Shown piece by piece: positions 36,298-45,960 of a stretch of 64,000 nucleotides of DNA. The position numbers and the translations under genes were made by a program. This DNA comes from a virus, in the IMG/VR virus record IMGVR_UViG_3300025572_000008, positions 16,606 to 80,605 of that record. The stretch is one strand, 5' to 3'. The notes under the pieces are model-generated. The model saw only the letters and a program-made list of their open reading frames with translations. It was not told the origin of the DNA and ran no database searches. The stretch's first letter is position 1. Each line of letters opens with the position of its first letter.

Positions 36298-37173
36298 ATG
36301 TCCTTCAGTGTTTCTCCTTCTCTCGGATTCTGGATCCTCACTGCAAAGCCGGCTCTCACAACGCAAAAGCGTAACGAGCGCATCCAGGTGAAGGTCTATC
36401 CGAGCTGGTATAGACAGATAGCCGTCGAATGGTCAGTACCGGCTTCGTTCGGTCCGTGCCTCTTCAACGTCTACTTCAGCCCGGTTGAAGATGGGCATTT
36501 CGAGAAGCTGAATACAACGCCTATCGACGGCACCTACCTGATAGACCCGACGACACAGGAGTACTCTAAGAACACGCACGGCTATTACGTGGTCGAAGCC
36601 ATTTTGCTAGACCGCAACAACACGACATTGCGATCTGATCCGACTACCTGGAAGGTCGGGCAGCGTCGGTGGGTGGAGCTGCGCAGTATCGAGATTCAGC
36701 GTCGAGAGTATTGGCTGCTCAGTCGTTTCGCTGGCATCAAATCGTATCTGTTTCGTCGCAAAACCTACGGGGAGAGGTGTCGTTCCTGCTGGAACCACGA
36801 GCTCGAAAAGACAATGGACGACCATTGTCCGAACTGCTTAGGCACGAGCTTCGAAGGTGGCTACTTCAACCCGGCCCCACTCTACATCCAGTACGATGCC
36901 TCTTCTAAGCCGTTGGTCAAAACCTACTTCGGCAACTACGAACCGAATCAAATCGGTGCCTGGACGATATCTATGCCAGACATTCGGCCGGATGACATAA
37001 TCGTTCGGACCGGAGATTGGAACATCTACAAGGTCGACCGCCTCACTCCGACAGAGCTTCAAGGCAACCAGGTTCGGCAGATGATGGTGCTGACTCAGTT
37101 GAGCCGAGGGGACGTCGAGTATCAGCTTGTGAAGAGAAATCTTCCTGAATTTCCCGATCAGTACACTGTCTAA
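36298..37173 (+). CDS. probable head closure/neck protein with Zn ribbon
   Basis: RCRSCW...CPNCLGTSFEGGY; C-terminal stopper-like PDIRPDDIIV. Confidence 0.6.
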   Translation: MSFSVSPSLGFWILTAKPALTTQKRNERIQVKVYPSWYRQIAVEWSVPASFGPCLFNVYFSPVEDGHFEKLNTTPIDGTYLIDPTTQEYSKNTHGYYVVEAILLDRNNTTLRSDPTTWKVGQRRWVELRSIEIQRREYWLLSRFAGIKSYLFRRKTYGERCRSCWNHELEKTMDDHCPNCLGTSFEGGYFNPAPLYIQYDASSKPLVKTYFGNYEPNQIGAWTISMPDIRPDDIIVRTGDWNIYKVDRLTPTELQGNQVRQMMVLTQLSRGDVEYQLVKRNLPEFPDQYTV

Positions 37174-37766
37174 TGCAATTCAGTCCGCTCACCATCCCAA
37201 CTCTGATTCTGGTCCCGCTGCGTTACTACTTCTCGGTCTACGGAGAGAGGAACAAGGTCGTCTGGGACGAGGATCCTAAAAAACGTAGTGTCGAGATTGA
37301 GGATATCAATAACCTCCACAAGATCCCTCTTGAGGAGCGCCCTCGCATACTTGTCAGTCGCGGTACCTATCGCATGGACAAGACTGGGGTTAGCGACAAC
37401 ATGGCAACGGGGAAGCCGTACTCAGAAACCAGAGGCATCGACAGCCGGATCAATATGATTCTCTATAGTGGTACGGCACAGATTTTGATCGAAGCTCGCC
37501 AACTCGGTGTCTGCGAACTCCTTACGGATATGGTCTCTCATTTCATTGCTTGGACTCGGCCCATGCTGTGCGACAGCCAAGGATTCAAGGAATTCGGGTT
37601 GCCAATGCAGATCAGCGATTGCCAGCTGTTAAGCAAGGCGGAAAACGACGAAAAGTTCCAGGTGCAGATCCAGTTCCCCTACATCAAAGAAGAGCAGTGG
37701 AAAGTCCGAAATGATGGAGTTCTCCTCAAGGCTATCAATATGTCGCTTCACGATTCTAAGACATGA
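37173..37766 (+). CDS. probable tail terminator/completion protein
   Basis: 197 aa between neck and sheath genes. Confidence 0.5.
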   Translation: MQFSPLTIPTLILVPLRYYFSVYGERNKVVWDEDPKKRSVEIEDINNLHKIPLEERPRILVSRGTYRMDKTGVSDNMATGKPYSETRGIDSRINMILYSGTAQILIEARQLGVCELLTDMVSHFIAWTRPMLCDSQGFKEFGLPMQISDCQLLSKAENDEKFQVQIQFPYIKEEQWKVRNDGVLLKAINMSLHDSKT

Positions 37767-37793
37767 TCTAGGTCAGAAGCCGGAACTCCGAGC

Positions 37794-37800
37794 TAAAATA
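37794..37800 (+). promoter_or_regulatory. putative late promoter motif TAAAATA
   Basis: Upstream of the sheath gene. Confidence 0.5.
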
Positions 37801-37888
37801 CAAGCATACAACGCGAAAGAAATTTCCGGTCAGAGACTGACCAAGTCTGGGCCGAACGACATTTATCTACCCATATTTGGAGTAAAAA

Positions 37889-40525
37889 TTGGCTTACGTC
37901 TTACCCAGCGTTCTCGTCTATCAGCAATTAGCACAAGCTGGTGGCGTGGCGAACGTCACTCCCAACCTTAACGCCTGCATCATCGGCCCCTGCTACAATG
38001 TTCTGGCCTACGTTGCTGGTTCCACCTCTTCCCTGATTGAAACCACGGCCCTGTCCCCCGTGTCGGCCGTCGGTAGCATGACCGCCGGTTCTGCAATCCT
38101 CACTCTCGAGGAGCAATCTCCGTTTGCGGTCGGCGATACTGTCCTGGTTTCCGGAGCCGCTGCGTCCGGAGCAACTCTGACTGCCAAGGTTGTGGAAGTG
38201 TCCGGATATCAGGTGACCCTGGACACGGCGGCCAGTACCGACGTTTCTGAGGCGACTGTCACCAAGACCGGCTTCATCGCCAATAACCAGGTTCAGAACA
38301 CCTTTATCCTCCCTGGTCAGAAGCCAGGTCAGGAAGTGGAGGTGGATTCGATCCAGGTCTACTTGAACGATGCCCGGATCGAAACCCTGGCTACGCAATT
38401 CACCGGCGCCAGCGGCCTTAGCCAGCTGACCATGGCTGCGGCTCAGAGTCCAGCTGAGGCGACTGCCGGTTCGGATGAACTGCTCAACGTCACTAACGCT
38501 TACCAGTTCACCGTTGGGGATCCGGTGCGAGTAACCGGTGCCGGTGTTGCCGGAGCAGATCTTATCACTACGATTACCAACATCACTGGAACCACGGTCT
38601 CTCTGGAGACCGATGCCGGTACTTCCAACGCGTCGGCGACGATCACCAAGCTTGAGATCTCGAATATCAATCCGAACACCTCGACGCTGCGTGTCGAGCC
38701 TGGTGACGAGCTCGAAATCCAATATGAGAGCACCAGCGGTGACACTGTGATCTTCACCTCGAGCGTCGTGAGTGTCATTGATCTGACCGAAGAAATCCAA
38801 ACCTTGAACATCGCCGACATGCTGCCGTCGGATCTCAGCGCCACGACCACGCTCGCTGCTCCGGCTGCTGCAAATGCTACCGACATCACGGTGGATTCCG
38901 TCGACGGTTTCTCTGACGGGGATCAGATCATCATCGAAGGTGCTGGTGCCGGGGGTAGCGATCTCTACACGACCATCGGAACAGTTGACGCCGGCAACCT
39001 CGAGTTCACCGGACTGAGCAATCCGATCGTCACGGCCGTGAGCTCCGCTAAGATTACGCGCGTCGCTTCCATGATCGTGCGGACTCGGAAGCTCTACAAT
39101 AACCAGCGGCTGCCGGAAATGATCGGTGCCTATCAGAACTACGACACTTCGGCCACCGGTACTACTGGTCAGATCGTCATCAACCCGCAGCCTCGCGTTG
39201 CCTACGGTACCGTGATCAGCGGGGCGGTGAACATCGCCTACAAGGCTCTGCGTAAGGATCTGTCCGGCACGGTGCTGGAGATCGCCAACCCGGATGACAT
39301 CGTGGGTACGCTCGGAGATCCGACTGACGAGAACCCGCTGGCGCTTGGCGTGCAATTGGCCATGGCCAACACGACCACACAAGTTTGCGCCATCGCCGTC
39401 TCGAGCAACGATCTGCTCGGCTATCAAGATGCTCTGGATATGGCTGAAGGTGCCGAGCTTTATGCTCTGGTTCCGCTTACCCAGGATCCGGCCATCCTTG
39501 CCTTGTTCAAGACCCATGTCGAACAGATGTCGACGCCTGAGATGGCATCCTGGCGCATGGCTATCGTCAACCACGCCCTGCCGACCAGCAACAATGTTGG
39601 TCCATACTCGGAGACTCTGGTTAACTCGAACGGTGGCAACAACACGATCACTCAGATCGCCGGCAACTATGTCCTGACGGCTTCGAACGCCACCTTCATC
39701 AGCGATGGCGTGACACCGGGAGACATCGTTCACATCACAGCTGGTATCGGTAGCCCAGATCCTGTCGGTACGGCTCAGGTGTTGCAAGTCCTGAACAACC
39801 AGCAAATCGCTATCCAGGCTCTCGGTACCGCGACTGGCGTGAACTATTACATCACCCGGTCTCTGACCAAGGCCCAACAGGCCCAGGCTGTGGCAGCCCA
39901 GAGCTTGACCTATCGCTCTCGTCGTATCGTCAATGTGATGCCGGATATCTGCGGTATCAACATCAACGGTACCGTGAAGAATCTGCCGGGCTACTACCTG
40001 TCGTGCACGGTTGCCGGTATGATCGCAGGCTTCCCGGTCCAACAAGGTTTCACCAACATCTCGGTCGCCGGTATCTCGACGCTGAGCCACTCGAACTTCT
40101 ACTTCACCCGGGCTCAGATGGATACGATGGCTGAGGCGGGAACCTTCCTGTTCGTGCAGCAGACCCAGACCTCGACGCCGTATGTCCGTCACGAACTGAC
40201 CACGGATATGAGCGTGCTGCAGTACCGCGAAATTCAGCAGGTCAAGAACATCGACTTCTTGAGCTACTACTTCGTGCAGATCCTGCAGGGTTTCATCGGA
40301 ACTTGGAACATCACTCCGGACAGCCTGAATACCCTGCGTCAGACGATCACTGCCGGCGGTTCTCTGCTGATGGGTCAGAAGCTGCCGAAGATCGGTCCTC
40401 CTCTGCTGTCTCTACAGATCCTGAGGCTCGAGCAGAATCCCGACAACCGAGACAACGTGGACTGCGAGCTAAGGGCAGAGATTGGTGTTCCGATGAACTA
40501 CGTGAACATCTTCCTGACCGTCTAA
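37889..40525 (+). CDS. contractile tail sheath protein
   Basis: 878 aa, TTG start; N-terminal MAYVLPSVLVYQ; C-terminal sheath domain (GFPVQQGFTN, VRHELTT, IDFLSYY, IGVPMNYVNI); beta-rich insertions. Confidence 0.85.
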   Translation: MAYVLPSVLVYQQLAQAGGVANVTPNLNACIIGPCYNVLAYVAGSTSSLIETTALSPVSAVGSMTAGSAILTLEEQSPFAVGDTVLVSGAAASGATLTAKVVEVSGYQVTLDTAASTDVSEATVTKTGFIANNQVQNTFILPGQKPGQEVEVDSIQVYLNDARIETLATQFTGASGLSQLTMAAAQSPAEATAGSDELLNVTNAYQFTVGDPVRVTGAGVAGADLITTITNITGTTVSLETDAGTSNASATITKLEISNINPNTSTLRVEPGDELEIQYESTSGDTVIFTSSVVSVIDLTEEIQTLNIADMLPSDLSATTTLAAPAAANATDITVDSVDGFSDGDQIIIEGAGAGGSDLYTTIGTVDAGNLEFTGLSNPIVTAVSSAKITRVASMIVRTRKLYNNQRLPEMIGAYQNYDTSATGTTGQIVINPQPRVAYGTVISGAVNIAYKALRKDLSGTVLEIANPDDIVGTLGDPTDENPLALGVQLAMANTTTQVCAIAVSSNDLLGYQDALDMAEGAELYALVPLTQDPAILALFKTHVEQMSTPEMASWRMAIVNHALPTSNNVGPYSETLVNSNGGNNTITQIAGNYVLTASNATFISDGVTPGDIVHITAGIGSPDPVGTAQVLQVLNNQQIAIQALGTATGVNYYITRSLTKAQQAQAVAAQSLTYRSRRIVNVMPDICGININGTVKNLPGYYLSCTVAGMIAGFPVQQGFTNISVAGISTLSHSNFYFTRAQMDTMAEAGTFLFVQQTQTSTPYVRHELTTDMSVLQYREIQQVKNIDFLSYYFVQILQGFIGTWNITPDSLNTLRQTITAGGSLLMGQKLPKIGPPLLSLQILRLEQNPDNRDNVDCELRAEIGVPMNYVNIFLTV

Positions 40526-40552
40526 TAACAATAAGCTCGGATAGTCTTGAAG

Positions 40553-40579
40553 CCGCTACGCTTAGCCGTAGCGGTTTTT
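40553..40579 (+). terminator. intrinsic terminator
   Basis: CCGCTACG/CGTAGCGG stem followed by TTTTT. Confidence 0.75.
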
Positions 40580-40676
40580 CTTTAGTCTCGGAATATCTGA
40601 CTAAAATACAGATCGAAGACTTTGCCTATCTGTCTATGGCCGCCCCTGCGGCCGACTCATTATTTAAGGAATATAC

Positions 40677-41348
40677 ATGGCCGCTACGCCGGAAAATGAC
40701 GTTCTACCCACTGCTCGGGATTCGAACTTCAGCACATCCTGGGACTGGAAAGGCGATTACGTAGACCGTTTGAACGAAGACGGCTACGAGCGATTTAGCC
40801 AGTTCTCAGCTACTCCTGACAGCACAATTCTCTACGCAGGCCCGGCACGCTTTACGGGTCTGAGCGGTGACGCTTCGATTCTTACGCCTATAGGCCTGGT
40901 CGACGGTATCTCCTTCCAGGCTGACTCTGGCCTGCAGCGTCTCTATGAGATCGGCTCGAACCGATCCTTCTTCACCCGTGGTAAGACACAGCACGCTCTC
41001 TCTTTGAGCAAGATGCTGGCGGACCAATCCAACATTCTGCATGCTCTGAGCAAGGTGGCCTATCGGCCCATTCAGAACGTCGCAGGTTATGGAAGTCCCG
41101 GTGCGGAAAGCCCGAACCCTGAAATCATGATGAATCTGGATTCGGAGTATTTTGCCGTACCTTTCGGACTGCTGATGCTGTTCAAGACTCGTGGTGGGGG
41201 CGATGGCTACGGCAAGGTGCTGAGTGCGGTGTATCTGGAATATGCAATGTTCCAGAACTACTCCTTCCAGATTGCCAGCCAGGCTCCGGTCATTGTCGAG
41301 AACATCATGATTCAGTTCGATCGCCCGGTTCCGGTCTCATTCGCCTGA
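40677..41348 (+). CDS. tail tube protein
   Basis: Follows the sheath; LQRLYEIGSNRSFFTRGK and VIVENIMIQFDR tube-like motifs. Confidence 0.7.
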   Translation: MAATPENDVLPTARDSNFSTSWDWKGDYVDRLNEDGYERFSQFSATPDSTILYAGPARFTGLSGDASILTPIGLVDGISFQADSGLQRLYEIGSNRSFFTRGKTQHALSLSKMLADQSNILHALSKVAYRPIQNVAGYGSPGAESPNPEIMMNLDSEYFAVPFGLLMLFKTRGGGDGYGKVLSAVYLEYAMFQNYSFQIASQAPVIVENIMIQFDRPVPVSFA

Positions 41349-41423
41349 TTATAAAGACTAAAAAAAGGCGTCAGAACCACGCTCAAGACCCTCCGTTCGT
41401 TTGCTCCTTTCTGACGGAGGGCG

Positions 41424-41450
41424 ACCCCGGCATTGCGCCGGGGTTTTTTT
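41424..41450 (+). terminator. intrinsic terminator
   Basis: ACCCCGGC/GCCGGGGT stem followed by a T-run. Confidence 0.8.
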
Positions 41451-41476
41451 ATTCCCCCTGGAGACCAGTATCCGAA

Positions 41477-42091
41477 CTACTCCTGTGCCTCTTCCGTCTC
41501 CCTGGTTTCGAAAGTGATCCGGTCGTACAGCTCGCTAAGCTTAACCTCGATGTTGAACGTAGGGATGACGAACCGATCCTCTAGTGACATATAAGTAGCC
41601 GTGGGTGTGAGTCGGCTTGATTCGTTTCGCTCATAGACCCTAACCCAGCACTTGTCCTGCTCGATCATGATGTAGCATTGAATGGACGGGACGCTGTCGT
41701 AGTCCTCGAGAAGCTGAAGCACGTCCTGCCAGCGGTTGGAATTCGACAGAACCTCGACGACGACTGCCGGTTCGATGGCCGTCCTCGATTTCTGATCGAA
41801 CGAACCGCAGTCTATCGCTGCGTCAGGCATTCGGACGTTTCCCGTCTTAGGAATGGGAATTCGCAGGTTATCGCCATGGGGCCGGCACGGATTATCACGG
41901 AGTCCGAGGTTCAAGATGGTAGTGATGTTGCTCTGTATGACGCTGTGGGCCAGGGTTCCTCCGGCCATCATACGAGGTTGCCCGTCGACCAGCTCGTACC
42001 GCTCTGGCTGCTTCCCTTCCCAGGTCAGAAACTCTTCCAGCGTCCAGCGTTCAGGGTGGTCGAGCATCTTCATCCCCATGCTGACAGACAT
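41477..42091 (-). CDS. Uma2 (DUF820) family endonuclease
   Basis: RYELVDG..M.GGT..HS.I, PDAAI, VVVEVLS.S, Y..VPSIQ.Y..IEQD. Confidence 0.9.
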   Translation of the reverse strand: MSVSMGMKMLDHPERWTLEEFLTWEGKQPERYELVDGQPRMMAGGTLAHSVIQSNITTILNLGLRDNPCRPHGDNLRIPIPKTGNVRMPDAAIDCGSFDQKSRTAIEPAVVVEVLSNSNRWQDVLQLLEDYDSVPSIQCYIMIEQDKCWVRVYERNESSRLTPTATYMSLEDRFVIPTFNIEVKLSELYDRITFETRETEEAQE

Positions 42092-42163
42092 AGAGACAAT
42101 ATCCTTTCTTTCGATGTGAATCTACAGGATGGTTGTGCCTCCGTCGAGGCAGAGGGTCCGGTT

Positions 42164-42547
42164 CTAACCGGGGATTTCGAAGTGCTTTAAGAGATCGATG
42201 ATGCTTTGGCCTTCCGTGGTGATCAGGTCATCATGATGCTTCTGGTAGCACCGGAACCAAAATTCGTCATTAGAGATGCAGAGAATGTCGCATTCCGATC
42301 GCATCGTGTTGCGATCCTCTTTTTCATCTGCCTCTTCCAGTCCTTCGAAATCGTCCGGATCAATCCAGTGCCAGGTGGCTCGGTAGCAGTATTTTTCGAC
42401 CGTATGCAGGTCATTATCCTTGACAAGCTGAGCCAGCCGACCGATCTCCTTGGCCAACTTCTCGTCGACCTCAAACGTTGCAACGGATGGACACTCGGCA
42501 TATTCGTTGCTGCAGTGGCACTTAACCTTGTAGGCTTTGGCTTTCAT
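42164..42547 (-). CDS. hypothetical protein
   Basis: 127 aa with AAGGAG SD. Confidence 0.75.
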   Translation of the reverse strand: MKAKAYKVKCHCSNEYAECPSVATFEVDEKLAKEIGRLAQLVKDNDLHTVEKYCYRATWHWIDPDDFEGLEEADEKEDRNTMRSECDILCISNDEFWFRCYQKHHDDLITTEGQSIIDLLKHFEIPG

Positions 42548-42569
42548 ATCTCTCCTTTCAAAGGAGAAA

Positions 42570-42588
42570 CCCCGGCGTTACACCGGGG
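42570..42588 (-). terminator. putative terminator
   Basis: CCCCGG/CCGGGG stem with a short A-run. Confidence 0.5.
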
Positions 42589-42682
42589 CTTCTTTCAGTT
42601 AACGTTTAGGTCCACTTAGCTTCATCCAAGAGGATGAGGACTGGCCCCACGATGAAGTCGACAACTTTCATAACCTTCCTCA

Positions 42683-43186
42683 TCAAGCAGCGGTTTGTTC
42701 AAGTTGAAGCTTCGCAGAAGCTGCGGCTGGCGGAGGTTCCGATGGGACCCAAAGATGCTTCTCAATGGGATCCGGGACGACATAGTCGATGATCTGCGAG
42801 ACGACGTCCCAACTCCCGTTTGCCAGGCCACATCCTATAAGCGGAAAGTGGACCGGAAGTTCCTTCCAGCGAGCCATCACTGCGATTTTTTCAAAGCACG
42901 AACGGACACCATCGTAATCGACATAGACGACGTTCGGATTCCGACCGAAGGTCTCCTGAGTGATGGCATTGGCGATAAGAAGATGGTCATGGACTTTGTA
43001 GAAGATGACGTCTCCGACCTTCAGGCCGGCGCGTTCATACTCCTTGCGGTAGACGGCATAGCAGCCTGGCCAGGTCGCTCGGATCTGCTTAGCCACGCCG
43101 CTGCCCATGACGCCTTTCGCATTGCAGCCATGGACGATGATGCCATTCGGCACCCGTAGGAGATCTCCGACGTGTTCTTGGATCAT
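42683..43186 (-). CDS. macrodomain protein (ADP-ribose processing)
   Basis: GDLL..PNGIIVHGCNAKGVMGSGVAKQI, FPLIGCGLANGSW. Confidence 0.9.
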   Translation of the reverse strand: MIQEHVGDLLRVPNGIIVHGCNAKGVMGSGVAKQIRATWPGCYAVYRKEYERAGLKVGDVIFYKVHDHLLIANAITQETFGRNPNVVYVDYDGVRSCFEKIAVMARWKELPVHFPLIGCGLANGSWDVVSQIIDYVVPDPIEKHLWVPSEPPPAAASAKLQLEQTAA

Positions 43187-43398
43187 AGGCTATCTCTCAG
43201 AAGGGAAGGAACGAAGCCGTAGCGACGCAGCATCACTCGGTTCAGCAGAATAAGGGCGATGTGAAAGTGGATCTCGTCTTGGAGGGACATCTCGAGCTTC
43301 ATAGGCCCAAACTTCTCGATCGCCTCCTCGACCATTCTGTCCGCGCTGATGATAACGTGCCTGCGCAGGTTCTCTCTCATCTCTAAGTCTTGCGTCAT
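43183..43398 (-). CDS. small hypothetical protein
   Basis: Start MTQDLE with GAGG SD; 4-nt overlap with the macrodomain gene. Confidence 0.6.
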   Translation of the reverse strand: MTQDLEMRENLRRHVIISADRMVEEAIEKFGPMKLEMSLQDEIHFHIALILLNRVMLRRYGFVPSLLRDSL

Positions 43399-43633
43399 AT
43401 CTATCCTCATATGGTTGTTGTTGTGGTTGTTGCGGTGGGGTTGGTTGCGGCCGGGAATAAACGCCAGCTAGAAACTCTGTGAGCAGAGTTCGAATCTCGT
43501 GGAGGTCGTTTATCTCGAACCGGGTGAGCTTCCTTGGAACTGGTCCGAAACGTCGTTCTGACTCCGCGAGAATGCTATCGACTCCTTCCACGGCGAGTCG
43601 GGCGACTTGCTGGAAGGATGGTGGGCGAGACAT
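43190..43633 (-). CDS. hypothetical protein; C-terminal half overlaps the next gene
   Basis: AGGAG SD; the first ~60 aa resemble the 43398 protein (E..E+FGP). Confidence 0.5.
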   Translation of the reverse strand: MSRPPSFQQVARLAVEGVDSILAESERRFGPVPRKLTRFEINDLHEIRTLLTEFLAGVYSRPQPTPPQQPQQQPYEDRYDARLRDEREPAQARYHQRGQNGRGGDREVWAYEARDVPPRRDPLSHRPYSAEPSDAASLRLRSFPSER

Positions 43634-43765
43634 TACTCCTCCTTTCTGTGGCGGACTCCCTCTCTAAAATTGTGGTCGCACTAGAATTAGCCTTGCCACT
43701 GACTGCGGAAGGCTCGGTGTCTGATACTCCACTCCATTCCTAAGGCCATCCTCCTCTCTGCGGTT

Positions 43766-44548
43766 TCAGATTTCGACGATGAGGTCCTCGTTGTAGATAA
43801 GGGTAGGCGGCTCCGGATCAGAGAGGCGTGTCTGTGCCTTTTCACCGGGATAACCCTTCGGATTACAGATCACACGGGTCTTACCGATGTTGTAATCGAA
43901 AGGGTCGTGGGTATGTCCATGAACCCAGAGCTGCGGCTCATAATCGAGCATCAGGTCCGACTGGTTTGAAACGAAGCAGCAGTTCAGCTGGTTGTTGACG
44001 TATCGCGGATGGATCGAGAGGTGGCTCGGCGCATGATGAGTGATCACGACTCGCTTCAGATGCGAGTGCAACTCCAAAGCTTGCTTGAGGAACTTGACCG
44101 CCTCGATGTGCTGCATCGTATACCAGCCAGGATCAAGACCAGGCACACGGAAGTCGTTCAAGGAATTCCTGGCCGACTCGGCCTTCAGCGGATCCGTGAG
44201 ATTGGTCCAGAGCGTCGCCCCGATGAAGGCAACACCTCGGATGTTCACGAAGTCCCGATCGAGGACGGTGACGTTGGTACCCTTGTAGAGAGCCTTGAGC
44301 TCCGGGAGCACGAATCGGACGTGATCGGCCCGGTAGTACTCGTGATTGCCGGGAACGTAAAGGATTGGGCGATCGAAGCGCGTGAGCTCGTGATATAGGG
44401 CAAAACGATTGGCGTAGTCGGTAATATCCCCGGCAAGAATGAGTATGTCAGCATCCGGGTGCATAATGGATTTACTATTCCCATCCTGGGCACGATAGGC
44501 CTGTGGACGGGTCTCCTTATGGAGATCCGACTTGATCTGGATTTTCAT
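43766..44548 (-). CDS. calcineurin-like metallophosphoesterase
   Basis: SDLH, LAGDI, GNHEYY, THHAP, HGHTH. Confidence 0.92.
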   Translation of the reverse strand: MKIQIKSDLHKETRPQAYRAQDGNSKSIMHPDADILILAGDITDYANRFALYHELTRFDRPILYVPGNHEYYRADHVRFVLPELKALYKGTNVTVLDRDFVNIRGVAFIGATLWTNLTDPLKAESARNSLNDFRVPGLDPGWYTMQHIEAVKFLKQALELHSHLKRVVITHHAPSHLSIHPRYVNNQLNCCFVSNQSDLMLDYEPQLWVHGHTHDPFDYNIGKTRVICNPKGYPGEKAQTRLSDPEPPTLIYNEDLIVEI

Positions 44549-44570
44549 GATTTGAAGGAGAAGGTATTGT

Positions 44571-44576
44571 TAAAAT
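44571..44576 (+). promoter_or_regulatory. putative late promoter motif TAAAAT
   Basis: Upstream of the spike gene. Confidence 0.4.
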
Positions 44577-44611
44577 GATTACGCGGAGCGGCAAACTCCG
44601 TTCCTACCTTA

Positions 44612-44619
44612 CTTATACC
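44612..44619 (-). promoter_or_regulatory. putative early promoter motif GGTATAAG
   Basis: Upstream of the phosphoesterase/macrodomain block. Confidence 0.65.
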
Positions 44620-44633
44620 ATTACTCGGCCCGC

Positions 44634-45740
44634 ATGTTCAAGAACCCAGTAAAACCTAACTCGGACTTCGACGAAGGAACCGTATTACAAGTCGATCCCA
44701 ATCGACGTGTTTGTAAAGTCCAGACTCTCTCAGGACAGAACCTGGATGGGGTTCAGTGGGAGCAGCTCTCGGGAGGGGCGAGCAGGGCAGGGGATAGGGT
44801 AACCCCAATGCTAGGGGATCGAGTGAAGCTTGACTACACCTTGGGCTACCCGGTGATCACTGGTTACCTAGGTCGAATTCAGGCAGCCCACGATGCCTTC
44901 CCGATTTCAATCGATACCGGACAGACGCTTATCGATACTGGAAACTACAATCCAGGCGGCACCAACATATCCAGTGACCAGAACAAGCCTAGAGACATGG
45001 TGGTCGGTGATCGTGTCCTGTCATCGATAGGTGGAGGCATGGTAGCCCTTCTTCGAGCCGGATCCGTTCTACTGCGAAGCTCGAGGCTCTCAGAGATTTT
45101 CCTGTCGAAGTTGGACGACCTGGTTAGGGTTGTGTCTCGAAACTGGGAGCACTTCACCGACGTATCGTCTGACGTGATCAAGAACCTTCGTGGTCGGATC
45201 TACCGATATACGGGGTACACGAATAGCTTTGCCAGCAGCAAGGTTGAGGACTATCAGTATCACCTCTACTACGGAGATACGGCCTTAGCCGAAGCTATAA
45301 AAACAGATCATCAAAACGCAGGATCAGCTCCGGGGACGAATTCAGTGATCTTCAAGGAGCAGATCACGGACGGCGGCGAAGAGATTATGCGCCGAACGGT
45401 CGAGCTCAATGGGAATGAGGAAGTCTGGATCAAAGCCGGAGGGACGTTCACCCGGATGAAGGCGACCGGAGCTCAGCTTACCTTTAGCTTCGGAGATCGG
45501 AATACCATTACGATCAACGAATCAATGATTCAGGCGAACTTCGATGATCGCCAAATCGTCACGATTGACGGAGAGAAGATTCTTTTAGAGCACGAAGATG
45601 GCGCTACAACCATCATGAATTCAAGCGGCATCCAATCAGAGTTTGATGGAGGCACATTTACAATAGAGAGTGGCTCGGTGGAGATGAGAAAATCCGGTCA
45701 CTTCGTCATTGTAGACGAAGCTGGAGTTCATCTAGGCTAA
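44634..45740 (+). CDS. baseplate central spike (gpV/gp5-like)
   Basis: N-terminal OB fold (GTVLQVD...PMLGDRV...GYPVITG); C-terminal repetitive beta-helix. Confidence 0.75.
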   Translation: MFKNPVKPNSDFDEGTVLQVDPNRRVCKVQTLSGQNLDGVQWEQLSGGASRAGDRVTPMLGDRVKLDYTLGYPVITGYLGRIQAAHDAFPISIDTGQTLIDTGNYNPGGTNISSDQNKPRDMVVGDRVLSSIGGGMVALLRAGSVLLRSSRLSEIFLSKLDDLVRVVSRNWEHFTDVSSDVIKNLRGRIYRYTGYTNSFASSKVEDYQYHLYYGDTALAEAIKTDHQNAGSAPGTNSVIFKEQITDGGEEIMRRTVELNGNEEVWIKAGGTFTRMKATGAQLTFSFGDRNTITINESMIQANFDDRQIVTIDGEKILLEHEDGATTIMNSSGIQSEFDGGTFTIESGSVEMRKSGHFVIVDEAGVHLG

Positions 45741-45766
45741 AAAGAGGCTCCGGGTTTCCCCGGAGC
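45741..45766 (-). terminator. intrinsic terminator closing the RT transcript
   Basis: Minus strand GCTCCGGG GAAA CCCGGAGC followed by CTCTTTTT. Confidence 0.8.
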
Positions 45767-45960
45767 AATATCGCTGATCTTCGTCTATGATGCTAACACT
45801 GAGACATTGAACTTGGTGCAGCCTGTGAGCGGGCCGGCTGCGGGCCCGGGATTGTGTAACCCATAATGCTCTCCCCCTTTAACGAAGGATACTGCAGTTG
45901 CAGGAATTGGTGCGTTCGTGAAACAGACCGGGTCTTTTTGCCTAGAAAGACCTTAGAAAA
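45767..45960 (-). ncRNA. candidate structured 3' trailer RNA of the RT unit
   Basis: About 190 nt without an ORF; hairpins at 45931-45952 and GCAGCC/GGCTGC; segments complementary to the 5' leader. Confidence 0.5.

Noticed and set aside
37928-40192. 754-aa minus-strand ORF
   Set aside because: Antisense shadow of the tail sheath gene; Arg/Asp/Gly composition typical of reverse frames.
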